The notes below the pieces were generated by a model that saw only the letters and a list, made by a program, of their open reading frames with translations, made no database searches and was not told the DNA's origin. Below are positions 1 to 6,647 of a DNA stretch of 64,000 nucleotides, one piece after another. The position numbers and the translations under genes were made by a program. The stretch comes from a virus: the IMG/VR virus record IMGVR_UViG_3300002123_000001; one strand, written 5' to 3'. Positions within the stretch are counted from its first letter, which is position 1, and each line of letters starts with the position of its first letter.

Positions 1-45
1 TCGGTGGGCGACGTGCTGTTGCACGTCGCCATCTCCTTCAAGTGA
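1..45 (+). CDS. 3' end of a plus-strand gene that starts left of the window (partial)
   Basis: Frame 1 reads ...SVGDVLLHVAISFK then TGA at 43-45; GC-rich third positions; followed by hairpins. Confidence 0.45.
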   Translation, partial: SVGDVLLHVAISFK

Positions 46-80
46 TGACGGGGCCTTCGGGCCCAGGCCCGTAAGGGGCC
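7..80 (+). terminator. Three tandem GC hairpins at the end of the partial gene
   Basis: GGCGACGTGC-TGTT-GCACGTCGCC (7-30), GGGCC-TTCG-GGCCC (51-64), GGCCC-GTAAG-GGGCC (66-80); no U tract. Confidence 0.5.
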
Positions 81-83
81 CTT

Positions 84-130
84 CACTAGCCACAAATATC
101 CTAGCCGATTAGGCATAAAAGCTGTGGAGG
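84..130 (+). promoter_or_regulatory. P1, cassette promoter motif
   Basis: CTAGCC 86-91, CACAAA 91-96, 17-nt spacer, CATAAA 114-119, 4 nt, GTGGAGG 124-130, ATG 137; same layout at 7 other plus-strand sites. Confidence 0.6.
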
Positions 131-136
131 TAGAAC

Positions 137-607
137 ATGAAGACGAGGCAATGGGCACACCCATTCGATAGGTCTCTGAAGGATGAGGAGGTACAGGCGC
201 TGGGGAAGGACCCCAATGCAACGTACGGGGTACAACCGTCGTCCGACGCCATCGGCGGGTACTTCGGCATGGGGTGGGTGTCGTACTTCAAAGATCACGA
301 GACGGGCGAGGTGTACGGGGTGCACTGCTCAGACGGCGTATACGGTGGTAAAGGGTCCCACCACCCCAAGCACGAGGTGTGGATGCACACCGCCTTCCAT
401 ACCATCTCCGAGGTGATGTGCGAGAAGGGAGGCAGCGATCTCTCCATGCTGGATTGGAACCTGATGTCCAACTACACGAAGATGTGGATGGACGTAGGTA
501 AGGCGGCCGGCGAAGCCCCTGGCGTGGTGGGCACATGCAAAGGCATGGAGGTCGTGGTCAAGGAGGGCATTCCACCGGTGGTTGGTGAGCCACCAAGCAT
601 AGCGTGA
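137..607 (+). CDS. hypothetical protein, 156 aa
   Basis: ATG 6 nt after GGAGG; own promoter motif and own tandem hairpins; no family recognised. Confidence 0.75.
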   Translation: MKTRQWAHPFDRSLKDEEVQALGKDPNATYGVQPSSDAIGGYFGMGWVSYFKDHETGEVYGVHCSDGVYGGKGSHHPKHEVWMHTAFHTISEVMCEKGGSDLSMLDWNLMSNYTKMWMDVGKAAGEAPGVVGTCKGMEVVVKEGIPPVVGEPPSIA

Positions 608-612
608 TTACG

Positions 613-646
613 GCGCCCTGAAGGGCGCAGGGGGCTTCAAGCCCCC
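613..646 (+). terminator. Tandem hairpins after 137..607
   Basis: GCGCCC-TGAA-GGGCGC (613-628) and GGGGGC-TTCAA-GCCCCC (630-646); no U tract. Confidence 0.55.
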
Positions 647-648
647 GT

Positions 649-701
649 CACTATCCACAAAAACGTGGTGGAATAGGGCATAAAAACAATGAAGAAGGGA
701 C
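649..701 (+). promoter_or_regulatory. P2, cassette promoter motif (long-leader variant)
   Basis: CTATCC 651-656, CACAAA 656-661, N17, CATAAA 679-684, then ATGAAGAAGGGAC variant box; real SD GGAGG 735-739. Confidence 0.55.
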
Positions 702-745
702 ACGACCTTCCTTAGAAAACCAACAACGTTCTGTGGAGGAACACC

Positions 746-1129
746 ATGTACATCCGTAAGATCGAGAACCGGTTCGAGACCAGCACCAACGGCAAGGACT
801 ACACCTCGTTGAACGAGCCGCTGCCGGCGAAGATCATGCGCTGCTTCGAGAAGACTGATGCGCGGACAGTCTACTGCGCGTCCAGCTTCTTGGGAGTGAA
901 CGAGGCCCACATGATCACCCCCCTCGATGGGAAAACGTCAGCATGGGCCACCGAAGCGCTTCCGGCGCGCACCCCCACCCGGGTGCGGTACGTGCAGGTT
1001 CGCAGCCACGCGGACACCGAGGCCGAGGTGTGGTGGCTGTGGGCCGGGTTCACCTTCGTGTGGATCTGGGTGCTGCTCATCTACGCGGCAGCGGCCGCTG
1101 GCAGCGCCAAGAGCGACACCGCGACGTGA
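746..1129 (+). CDS. hypothetical C-terminally membrane-anchored protein, 127 aa
   Basis: SD GTGGAGGAACACC 733-745 then ATG; C-terminal hydrophobic helix WWLWAGFTFVWIWVLLIYAAAAA. Confidence 0.75.
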   Translation: MYIRKIENRFETSTNGKDYTSLNEPLPAKIMRCFEKTDARTVYCASSFLGVNEAHMITPLDGKTSAWATEALPARTPTRVRYVQVRSHADTEAEVWWLWAGFTFVWIWVLLIYAAAAAGSAKSDTAT

Positions 1130-1152
1130 ACAACGACACCCGCAAGGGTGCA

Positions 1153-1166
1153 GCCCCTTCGGGGGC
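1153..1166 (+). terminator. Hairpin after 746..1129
   Basis: GCCCC-TTCG-GGGGC. Confidence 0.5.
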
Positions 1167-1172
1167 CGTTCG

Positions 1173-1231
1173 CTACCCCCATTTCAACGCCTGCAAAAGT
1201 GGGGGTAAAGAAGAGATAACAACTGTGGAGG
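1173..1231 (+). promoter_or_regulatory. P7, orphan cassette promoter with no ORF behind it
   Basis: TGCAAA 1192-1197, N17, GATAAC 1215-1220, 4 nt, GTGGAGG 1225-1231; no ATG/GTG at SD distance. Confidence 0.5.
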
Positions 1232-1269
1232 GAAAAGCCCGCGTTGTTGGTCCCCCCGGCTTGAGTCGG

Positions 1270-1304
1270 CTGCCCAGGTGTTCCTCCACCTCCTTCCTGG
1301 GCAG
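1270..1304. other. Hairpin CTGCCCAGG-N17-CCTGGGCAG whose loop carries CCTCCACCTCC
   Basis: Perfect 9-bp inverted repeat; 1277-1289 is the exact reverse complement of 733-745. Confidence 0.8.
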
Positions 1305-1311
1305 TCGGCTC

Positions 1312-1329
1312 GGCCCCTATCTAAGGGCC
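1312..1329. terminator. GC hairpin between convergent units
   Basis: GGCCC-CTATCTAA-GGGCC, 5 nt from stop of 1335..1715. Confidence 0.45.
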
Positions 1330-1334
1330 TTCTT

Positions 1335-1715
1335 CTAGCCTTCGATTTCGGTGAAGGCCAAGCCGGTGATTGCACAGACGTATGGGGCTCCAGTCGCCTC
1401 TCGGTACTGAACCAGCATGTTCTCCGTGATGGCCTGATACTCTCCCCAGTTCAGGTCCTTTGGGACTGCGCATCCATACTGCCGCAGCCCCCATAAACTC
1501 ACGGCGCAGTTTGCCTGCAGGAAGTAGAACCCGATGACGGCCATCCCCTTCCCACTACTCCAGGTGACACCTGAGAAACGCTCGTGCCCGCACCCACCAC
1601 ATAGCCACGTTGAGATGCCGTTGGGGTTGGTGAAGCAGAACTCACGGCGCCTGCAACATGGGCAGGGGTCAAGAGGTAGCCGAGGCTCTCTTTGCTCCAG
1701 GTCTGGACTGGGCAC
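1335..1715 (-). CDS. zinc-ribbon-like small protein, 126 aa
   Basis: GTG 1715 with AAGGAG upstream; CPCC...CGGC motif; good codon bias from there to stop; overlaps upstream gene by 47 nt. Confidence 0.55.
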   Translation of the reverse strand: MPSPDLEQREPRLPLDPCPCCRRREFCFTNPNGISTWLCGGCGHERFSGVTWSSGKGMAVIGFYFLQANCAVSLWGLRQYGCAVPKDLNWGEYQAITENMLVQYREATGAPYVCAITGLAFTEIEG

Positions 1716-1956
1716 GTGCCCCCTTCTCCTTGTTGACGAAGCCGCGGATGGCCTCGACGGCGTGCTTCTTGTGCTCGTAGTACCTGCCGAACCCATCCTT
1801 CCCGGAGGCGTGCTTGGTCTGGTACGCAATCCAGCGAGCGAGGAGGGGCTTTGGCATCATGCGCTCCTCCAAGTCGGCGACCACCTGCAGAGAGTAGGTG
1901 ACGTACCACATACCATCGCGCAGGTCAGGAGTCAGAGTCAAGCTTCCGATCTTCAC
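1669..1956 (-). CDS. hypothetical protein, 95 aa
   Basis: ATG ORF; N-terminal 80 aa protein-like. Confidence 0.6.
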   Translation of the reverse strand: MKIGSLTLTPDLRDGMWYVTYSLQVVADLEERMMPKPLLARWIAYQTKHASGKDGFGRYYEHKKHAVEAIRGFVNKEKGARAQSRPGAKRASATS

Positions 1957-2146
1957 GATACTTCTCCTTCAGTTCGTAGTACCTCACTGACGCGGAGTAC
2001 CCGCGGTACAGCAAGAAGCTGATGCTTGCGCCATTGACCGCGTAGATAAACCACGGCGGACTCGTAGTAGAAAGCACGATAGTCATTATCGCAATAAGCC
2101 CAGCAACAACGTACAGGACTAGCATGTTGATCAGTTCAACGAGCAT
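1925..2146 (-). CDS. small membrane protein, 73 aa, two hydrophobic helices
   Basis: Internal ATG 2146 just after stop of upstream gene; LINMLVLYVVAGLIAIMTIVL and WFIYAVNGASISFLLY. Confidence 0.6.
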   Translation of the reverse strand: MLVELINMLVLYVVAGLIAIMTIVLSTTSPPWFIYAVNGASISFLLYRGYSASVRYYELKEKYREDRKLDSDS

Positions 2147-2160
2147 ATGACCCCGTACCG

Positions 2161-2370
2161 TCACCCGGACCTCCGGATACTTTCCTTCACTGCGAAGTAC
2201 GCCGACACCACGCTGGGAGCCATGACCAGAAGGCACGCAACCACCACGGTCTTCTGGACACTCGAGGCTTTGGAAGTAATGAGCACACAGATCACCGCAA
2301 TCGATGCTACGAACCCAATGACCATGGTGGCCAAGTTCACCCACATCTCGTCTCTATCCGCCCTGTTCAT
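2161..2370 (-). CDS. small membrane protein, 69 aa, two hydrophobic helices
   Basis: WVNLATMVIGFVASIAVICVLI and VVVACLLVMAPSVVSAYFAV; ATGA overlap with upstream gene. Confidence 0.65.
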   Translation of the reverse strand: MNRADRDEMWVNLATMVIGFVASIAVICVLITSKASSVQKTVVVACLLVMAPSVVSAYFAVKESIRRSG

Positions 2371-2612
2371 CAGTTCTTCCTCTCCTTAGCCGGATTGTAG
2401 TTGCTGAAGACCACCCCGAACATCTTGTACATGTGCCGAGCTCGTTCGATAGAGCGTTGGAGCTCTTCGAGCCCCTCTTGTCGGGCTATAGCCTGTCGTA
2501 TCGCATCACTCACCAAGAGGATGGCGGCCAGGTGCTCAGCTGCATCACCCTCGGCGTTGACGATGACGTCGAGCAGCTCCTGAGCCAAGCTCGTGATTCG
2601 GTTGTTGGCCAC
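2370..2612 (-). CDS. hypothetical helical protein, 80 aa
   Basis: GTG 2612 five nt after AAGGAGG; longer ATG start would run through promoter P5. Confidence 0.55.
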   Translation of the reverse strand: MANNRITSLAQELLDVIVNAEGDAAEHLAAILLVSDAIRQAIARQEGLEELQRSIERARHMYKMFGVVFSNYNPAKERKN

Positions 2613-2636
2613 AACCACCTCCTTTGCCGCTGTTGT

Positions 2637-2681
2637 TATACCGCAAAGTAGCGAGTACTTGTGGCATAAAAGAAGTGGAGG
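2637..2681 (+). promoter_or_regulatory. P5, cassette promoter motif
   Basis: TATACC 2637-2642, CGCAAA 2642-2647, N17, CATAAA 2665-2670, 4 nt, GTGGAGG 2675-2681. Confidence 0.6.
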
Positions 2682-2688
2682 AACAACC

Positions 2689-2880
2689 ATGAGCAACAAG
2701 GCAAGAGAAGAAGCTAAGTTGGTGGATGCTGTCTTCGAAGACGGCACATGGATAGCGCGCGTCAGTCACCGCCAAGTGCGGGAGTACCTGGTGGGGATCG
2801 CCTCCACCCGGGAAGAGGCGATCAGAAACGCCTTCGCGCGCGTCACCATGCGCGCGCGAGGAGCGCAGCAGGGCTGCTGA
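2689..2880 (+). CDS. hypothetical protein, 63 aa
   Basis: ATG 2689 after GTGGAGGAACAACC; lone plus-strand gene between minus-strand genes. Confidence 0.65.
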   Translation: MSNKAREEAKLVDAVFEDGTWIARVSHRQVREYLVGIASTREEAIRNAFARVTMRARGAQQGC

Positions 2881-2884
2881 ATGG

Positions 2885-2917
2885 CGCCGCGCAAGCGGTG
2901 CGGCCCCACCCGGGGCC
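2885..2917. terminator. Tandem hairpins between convergent genes
   Basis: CGCCGC-GCAA-GCGGTG (2885-2900) and GGCCCC-ACCC-GGGGCC (2902-2917). Confidence 0.55.
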
Positions 2918-2933
2918 TTCAGCTAGCCCCACT

Positions 2934-3407
2934 TCACTCTTCTTCGAGTGACTCGAGAGAGACCATCTCTACAGAGTATTCGCTGTAGTAGGAGTTGTCG
3001 CACCCATCCTGCTTCTTGCGACGCTCCGCTGGTCTTCCCGCCATCTTGATGGCCCGTGGGGTGAACAGCTTCACCTTCTCACGAACGTAATCGGGATCGA
3101 GGTCCAGCTGCTCGCACGCGCACAGGAAGCTGGTGAGCTGCATCCCCTCTTGCTCACGCTGTATCCACCAAGGATGCCCTGGCTTCTCCTCGAACAGCCA
3201 CGTGTAGGCGTTGTTGGCCAGCTCGAGCTGCTCGAGACGGCTGCTAGAGCGGTAGAGCACCCAGTCGTGCGCAGCGCGACGAATGAGCTCAAGAAGCAGA
3301 GCTCGTGCGTGTTCAGCCTCGTAAGCTGCATCCAGCGGCTCTGGTCCCCATGAGGACTCATCTACCGCTGCGTCTTGTTCCTCTGCCAGCTCTTCCTGCG
3401 ACGGCAC
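2934..3407 (-). CDS. hypothetical protein (minimum extent; frame stays open and protein-like up to 3587)
   Basis: First canonical start after upstream stop is GTG 3407; helical C-terminal domain, acidic tail. Confidence 0.5.
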   Translation of the reverse strand: MPSQEELAEEQDAAVDESSWGPEPLDAAYEAEHARALLLELIRRAAHDWVLYRSSSRLEQLELANNAYTWLFEEKPGHPWWIQREQEGMQLTSFLCACEQLDLDPDYVREKVKLFTPRAIKMAGRPAERRKKQDGCDNSYYSEYSVEMVSLESLEEE

Positions 3408-3583
3408 CTTTACAGGAGCAGGAGTGGGCTGAGGTGTGGGGCGTGGGCCCCACAGTAGCTCCAGCGTCTCAAGTATCTCGGCCCCAAACGACTCTAAGAG
3501 GTCGTCCCTGCCTAGCCCCTTGGCTATCTTCGCGACTACCCGAAGCGCGCCGAAGGCTACTTCTTGAAGCTGTTGGTTGTGGG

Positions 3584-4480
3584 TCAGACCACGGAGATCT
3601 GAACTTCGGATCCCAAGATATACGTCACGTACGGGATCTGGACGATTGTCTTGTCTCGGCGCGACGCACGCAACGTGGTCGTTCCTGCTTTCAACCCCCG
3701 CAGCGACAACTGCGTCTGGTTTGCTGTCAACGACACCACTGTCTTGTCGCTCATCTCCCACGTCACGTCGGACAGCGCCGTCCCCTCGAGGAGGATGCCA
3801 CTCGACGTGCGGACGGATGGGGTGATCGAAAGTGTACTTCCAATCGATAGCTGAGTCGGAAGTGCCTCCAGGTAGGAAATGGAGCTCACCACTGCGAAGA
3901 GCAGATCTGGCAAGTTCACACTCGAAGAGTCCGGTACGGAAACCGTTCTCCCTTGGTCTTCCCAAGCCTCCACTGTCACTGAGTACTTCGCGCATCGGAT
4001 GAGGTCTATACAGGCGTACCCGCTGCCGTCGGTCCGAATCGCCCTCTTGTCAGGGAGGACTCCTGCCTGGTCTAGCAGAACTGGACCGAATGCTCCAGTG
4101 AAGATGATGTCCAGCCCGCTGTGCGCTTGACCCGTCACCGTCCTGAAGTATCCAGACGCCCGGCACAGCAACGGGTCCCTCGAAACAGGTCTGTTGAGCT
4201 CCTGTGCGTACACCTGAAATGAGTTGAGCAAAGGCGCCCCGTTTGGTCCCTCTTGTACAGAGATGAGCTGCGGTTGTTGTACCGATGCCTTGAACTTGTA
4301 GAACCGAAGGCTGTACTCGAGGGTGTACAAAAGGAACCCAGCCCTACCCGCAGAGTCGGTGGTCCCCTCGGTGTAGAGCATGGTCCCACCCTTGTCGTAG
4401 ACGCGTACGAGCACCCCCGACACCGGCTCCCTCGTCTCGGAGTTCAACACGTACACGTCGACTTGCTGGTAGCTGGCCAT
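3584..4480 (-). CDS. virion fibre/decoration-like protein with C-terminal Big_2-like Ig domain, 298 aa
   Basis: C-terminal LSIGSTLSITP...VTWEMSDKTVVSL...GLKAGTTTLRAS resembles bacterial Ig-like group 2; ATGA overlap upstream. Confidence 0.65.
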   Translation of the reverse strand: MASYQQVDVYVLNSETREPVSGVLVRVYDKGGTMLYTEGTTDSAGRAGFLLYTLEYSLRFYKFKASVQQPQLISVQEGPNGAPLLNSFQVYAQELNRPVSRDPLLCRASGYFRTVTGQAHSGLDIIFTGAFGPVLLDQAGVLPDKRAIRTDGSGYACIDLIRCAKYSVTVEAWEDQGRTVSVPDSSSVNLPDLLFAVVSSISYLEALPTQLSIGSTLSITPSVRTSSGILLEGTALSDVTWEMSDKTVVSLTANQTQLSLRGLKAGTTTLRASRRDKTIVQIPYVTYILGSEVQISVV

Positions 4481-5529
4481 CAGATGCTCCTGCGCTCGGC
4501 GTAGACGACGTTGGGGACCTGCACAGTGAAAACGTCGTCCATCGTACCGAAGTCATCCCCCAAAAGCGGGAAGGACTGCACCCCCTGGTCTTCAGGGGCC
4601 ACGATGTCCCTCACGATGTCCGTCCCCGAGATGGACACCGTGTACTGAACCCCCCTCACCAAGGTGAACTGCACGTTACCGTTACGGTCCGTGACCTTCG
4701 TGTCCTGGTAGCCAGTAACCAACTTGCCCTCCACCAAGCTGCCACGCGTGGGCGAATAGACGCTCACCCGGCGCCCAGTAAGGGGGCGACCGTCGGACTT
4801 TACCAGGTAGAGGTAGCCAACCACCGTGCTGGCCTGCGTGAGCCCCATGGACCCGGTGACGGGCAGCGGCAGACTGAACTCGCTCGCCGTCCCCAGCGCC
4901 TGGTTGAAGAGGCGTGTGCGGTAGTAGCTGTCCTGCGTCCCCCGCAGGTCGACGAACCGGTAGGTGGCCCTCCCGTTGATGATGTTGATCCTGGCGTCCT
5001 GCCCCACACCCTGCGAGCTGGGCAGTTCCATGGGTAGGTTGAAGAGGGCTGCAGCCTCCCCGCCCACCACCTCGAGGACTGCCCCCGTGCCCGGACGAAC
5101 ACCTTCCAGTACCAGCAGAATCTCACCGGTGGTCGCCACCTGGGCCACGTAAGCCCTGAAGCGCCCCACCCCTGCAGCTGTGAGCTCCGCCGCCGCCTCC
5201 GCGTAGGTAATGGGGTCTGGCCCCGCCAGCACCACCTCGATGTCCTCGCTGTCGTCCAGGCGAAGAAGGAAGCTGGTGCCAGCTGCAAGGACCTGCGGCC
5301 CCACCACTGGCACCGCTGGCTCATCCGGCGCGTCACGAGGCACGCGTGCCGGGCGCCAAGCATCAGAGGTGAGCTCATAGTACGGACCATTGGCAGTGGA
5401 GTCAGACCTCCACACCTGAATCTGGTCAAAGCCTTGTACTTCTTCCTCACGCACTACCACGGTGAGGGTGACGACCTCGGAGATGGCCGCTTCATCTCCT
5501 ACGATCGGCTGGATGATGATGGTGCTCAT
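4480..5529 (-). CDS. virion fibre-like protein, 349 aa, with one IN-like repeat unit
   Basis: Beta-rich; aa 85-165 match the repeat found 5x in the sheath gene. Confidence 0.7.
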   Translation of the reverse strand: MSTIIIQPIVGDEAAISEVVTLTVVVREEEVQGFDQIQVWRSDSTANGPYYELTSDAWRPARVPRDAPDEPAVPVVGPQVLAAGTSFLLRLDDSEDIEVVLAGPDPITYAEAAAELTAAGVGRFRAYVAQVATTGEILLVLEGVRPGTGAVLEVVGGEAAALFNLPMELPSSQGVGQDARINIINGRATYRFVDLRGTQDSYYRTRLFNQALGTASEFSLPLPVTGSMGLTQASTVVGYLYLVKSDGRPLTGRRVSVYSPTRGSLVEGKLVTGYQDTKVTDRNGNVQFTLVRGVQYTVSISGTDIVRDIVAPEDQGVQSFPLLGDDFGTMDDVFTVQVPNVVYAERRSI

Positions 5530-5538
5530 GCGAGTATT

Positions 5539-5760
5539 CTACTCGCTGCCGGTCAGGAATGCCTCGATTTCATCCACCAGCAAAGCGGACGCTTGCTTCG
5601 TGGTCTCATCCTGCAGCCGCTGAGGTCCATTGCGCCCCTTCAGGATGTTCTGCGCAAGCTTGACCTGGTCTTCAAGACGGCGCCGGTGCTTGTCCCGCCA
5701 TTGCTTGGTGGCCACCTCCAGCTCATCCAGAACCTCGTCCCGTCTCTGTTTGTCCGTCAT
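5539..5760 (-). CDS. small charged coiled-coil protein, 73 aa
   Basis: ATG ORF; first gene after the 242-nt non-coding gap. Confidence 0.65.
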   Translation of the reverse strand: MTDKQRRDEVLDELEVATKQWRDKHRRRLEDQVKLAQNILKGRNGPQRLQDETTKQASALLVDEIEAFLTGSE

Positions 5761-5823
5761 TTGTCACCGTAACGCTGAGCGCTGTAAGCCCGACGTTTTG
5801 CGCAGGGCCGTCGTGGTGGGCGA

Positions 5824-5849
5824 GTCTCGGAGTCAGCCGAGCCTGGTAA
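5824..5849. repeat. 26-nt hairpin element, copy 1
   Basis: GTCTCGGAGTCAGCCGAGCCTGGTAA; stem CTCGG/CCGAG. Confidence 0.85.
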
Positions 5850-5902
5850 AGATTGAAAGATTGTGAGCTGGGCGCGGCGCGCGATCGATTCCGAAGTCTG
5901 CA

Positions 5903-5927
5903 GTCCCGGAGACAGCCGGGTCTGGTA
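5903..5927. repeat. 26-nt hairpin element, copy 2
   Basis: GTCCCGGAGACAGCCGGGTCTGGTA; stem CCCGG/CCGGG (compensatory change). Confidence 0.8.
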
Positions 5928-5973
5928 TGTGCTGTGAAGTGGCGAACAAGAGCGGGCCGGGGATGTGGTTCAA

Positions 5974-5999
5974 GTCTCGGAAACAGCCGGGCCTGGTAA
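5974..5999. repeat. 26-nt hairpin element, copy 3
   Basis: GTCTCGGAAACAGCCGGGCCTGGTAA; 3 nt from the rnhB stop codon. Confidence 0.85.
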
Positions 6000-6002
6000 G
6001 TA

Positions 6003-6647
6003 TCAGCAAAACTTGTAGCTGCGGCGATGAATGGGGCACATCCCATGTAGGCGAATGCCCTCTGCGTGCTTTGGGGTACCGTAGCCCTTGTTGCTCTCCC
6101 AGTCGTACTGAGGATAGCACTTGGCGTACTCCAGCATGTACCCGTCACGAGTGGTCTTGGCTACTACGCTAGCCGCGCTCACCGCCGGAACAATAACGTC
6201 TGCCTTCGGCACCAGCACGGGCTTGATGCTGCTCCACGACGGCAAGTTCATCTTGTTGCCGTCCATCACCACCACGTAGGTGGCTTCTGGTGGGAGCGTT
6301 CCAATCAGGTGCTCTGCCACACTTTGGTTCAAGCGGCTGAGGGACACGGTCACGCTCTCCTCATCCAAGAGAGCAGCCTCACAGCTAAGAGTAAAGACGG
6401 GGATGCCTTGCTCCCGAAGGGTTACAACGGCCTTCTCCCTGCGCAGCTCCGTGAGCTTCTTGGAGTCGCGTACTCCGTCGCAGCGCCAGCCGCAGGGGGT
6501 GATGGAACCCCCCACGACTAGCGGCCCAGCCCAGGCGCCGTACCCTACCTCATCAAGCCCGATGATGACGTCTGGACGCACCTCGTGCTCGATTACGTAC
6601 AGCGCCAGGCGCGCTTGGAAGTAGTCCTTACTCGAGGGCTTGCTCAT
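6003..6647 (-). CDS. rnhB: ribonuclease HII
   Basis: GLDEVGYGAWAGPLVV, DSKKL, VVVMDGN, KADVIVPAVSAASVVAKTTRD, GYGT..H motifs of RNase HII. Confidence 0.85.
   Translation of the reverse strand: MSKPSSKDYFQARLALYVIEHEVRPDVIIGLDEVGYGAWAGPLVVGGSITPCGWRCDGVRDSKKLTELRREKAVVTLREQGIPVFTLSCEAALLDEESVTVSLSRLNQSVAEHLIGTLPPEATYVVVMDGNKMNLPSWSSIKPVLVPKADVIVPAVSAASVVAKTTRDGYMLEYAKCYPQYDWESNKGYGTPKHAEGIRLHGMCPIHRRSYKFC

Larger units (their letters stand above)
1227..1336 (+). ncRNA. Candidate small RNA from P7 (boundaries approximate)
   Basis: No ORF; contains 9-bp stem hairpin 1270-1304 with anti-SD loop, then GGCCC-N8-GGGCC (1312-1329) followed by TTCTTCT. Confidence 0.3.

Noticed and set aside
1669-1956. 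Frameshift joining 1669..1956 to 1335..1829
   Set aside because: An in-frame GTG (1715) with AAGGAG upstream gives a self-sufficient downstream gene, so two overlapping genes is the simpler reading.
5842-5860. Sigma54 -24/-12 promoter (TGG...GC) in the CCTGGTAA tail of the hairpin element
   Set aside because: The GG-to-GC spacing differs in every copy and never matches TGGCAC-N5-TTGC.
5961-5999. tRNA-like T-loop strings (GGTTCAAGTC at about 5968-5977; GATCGATTCC at about 5883-5892) near the hairpin repeats
   Set aside because: The flanking bases do not form a T stem, and no acceptor, D or anticodon arms can be drawn on either strand. I see no tRNA in the window.
5824-5999. Mini-CRISPR array interpretation of the three 26-nt repeats
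   Set aside because: The repeats differ from each other at several positions, the intervening segments are 53 and 46 nt and unequal, there are only three units, and a fourth copy stands alone at 57.6 kb.
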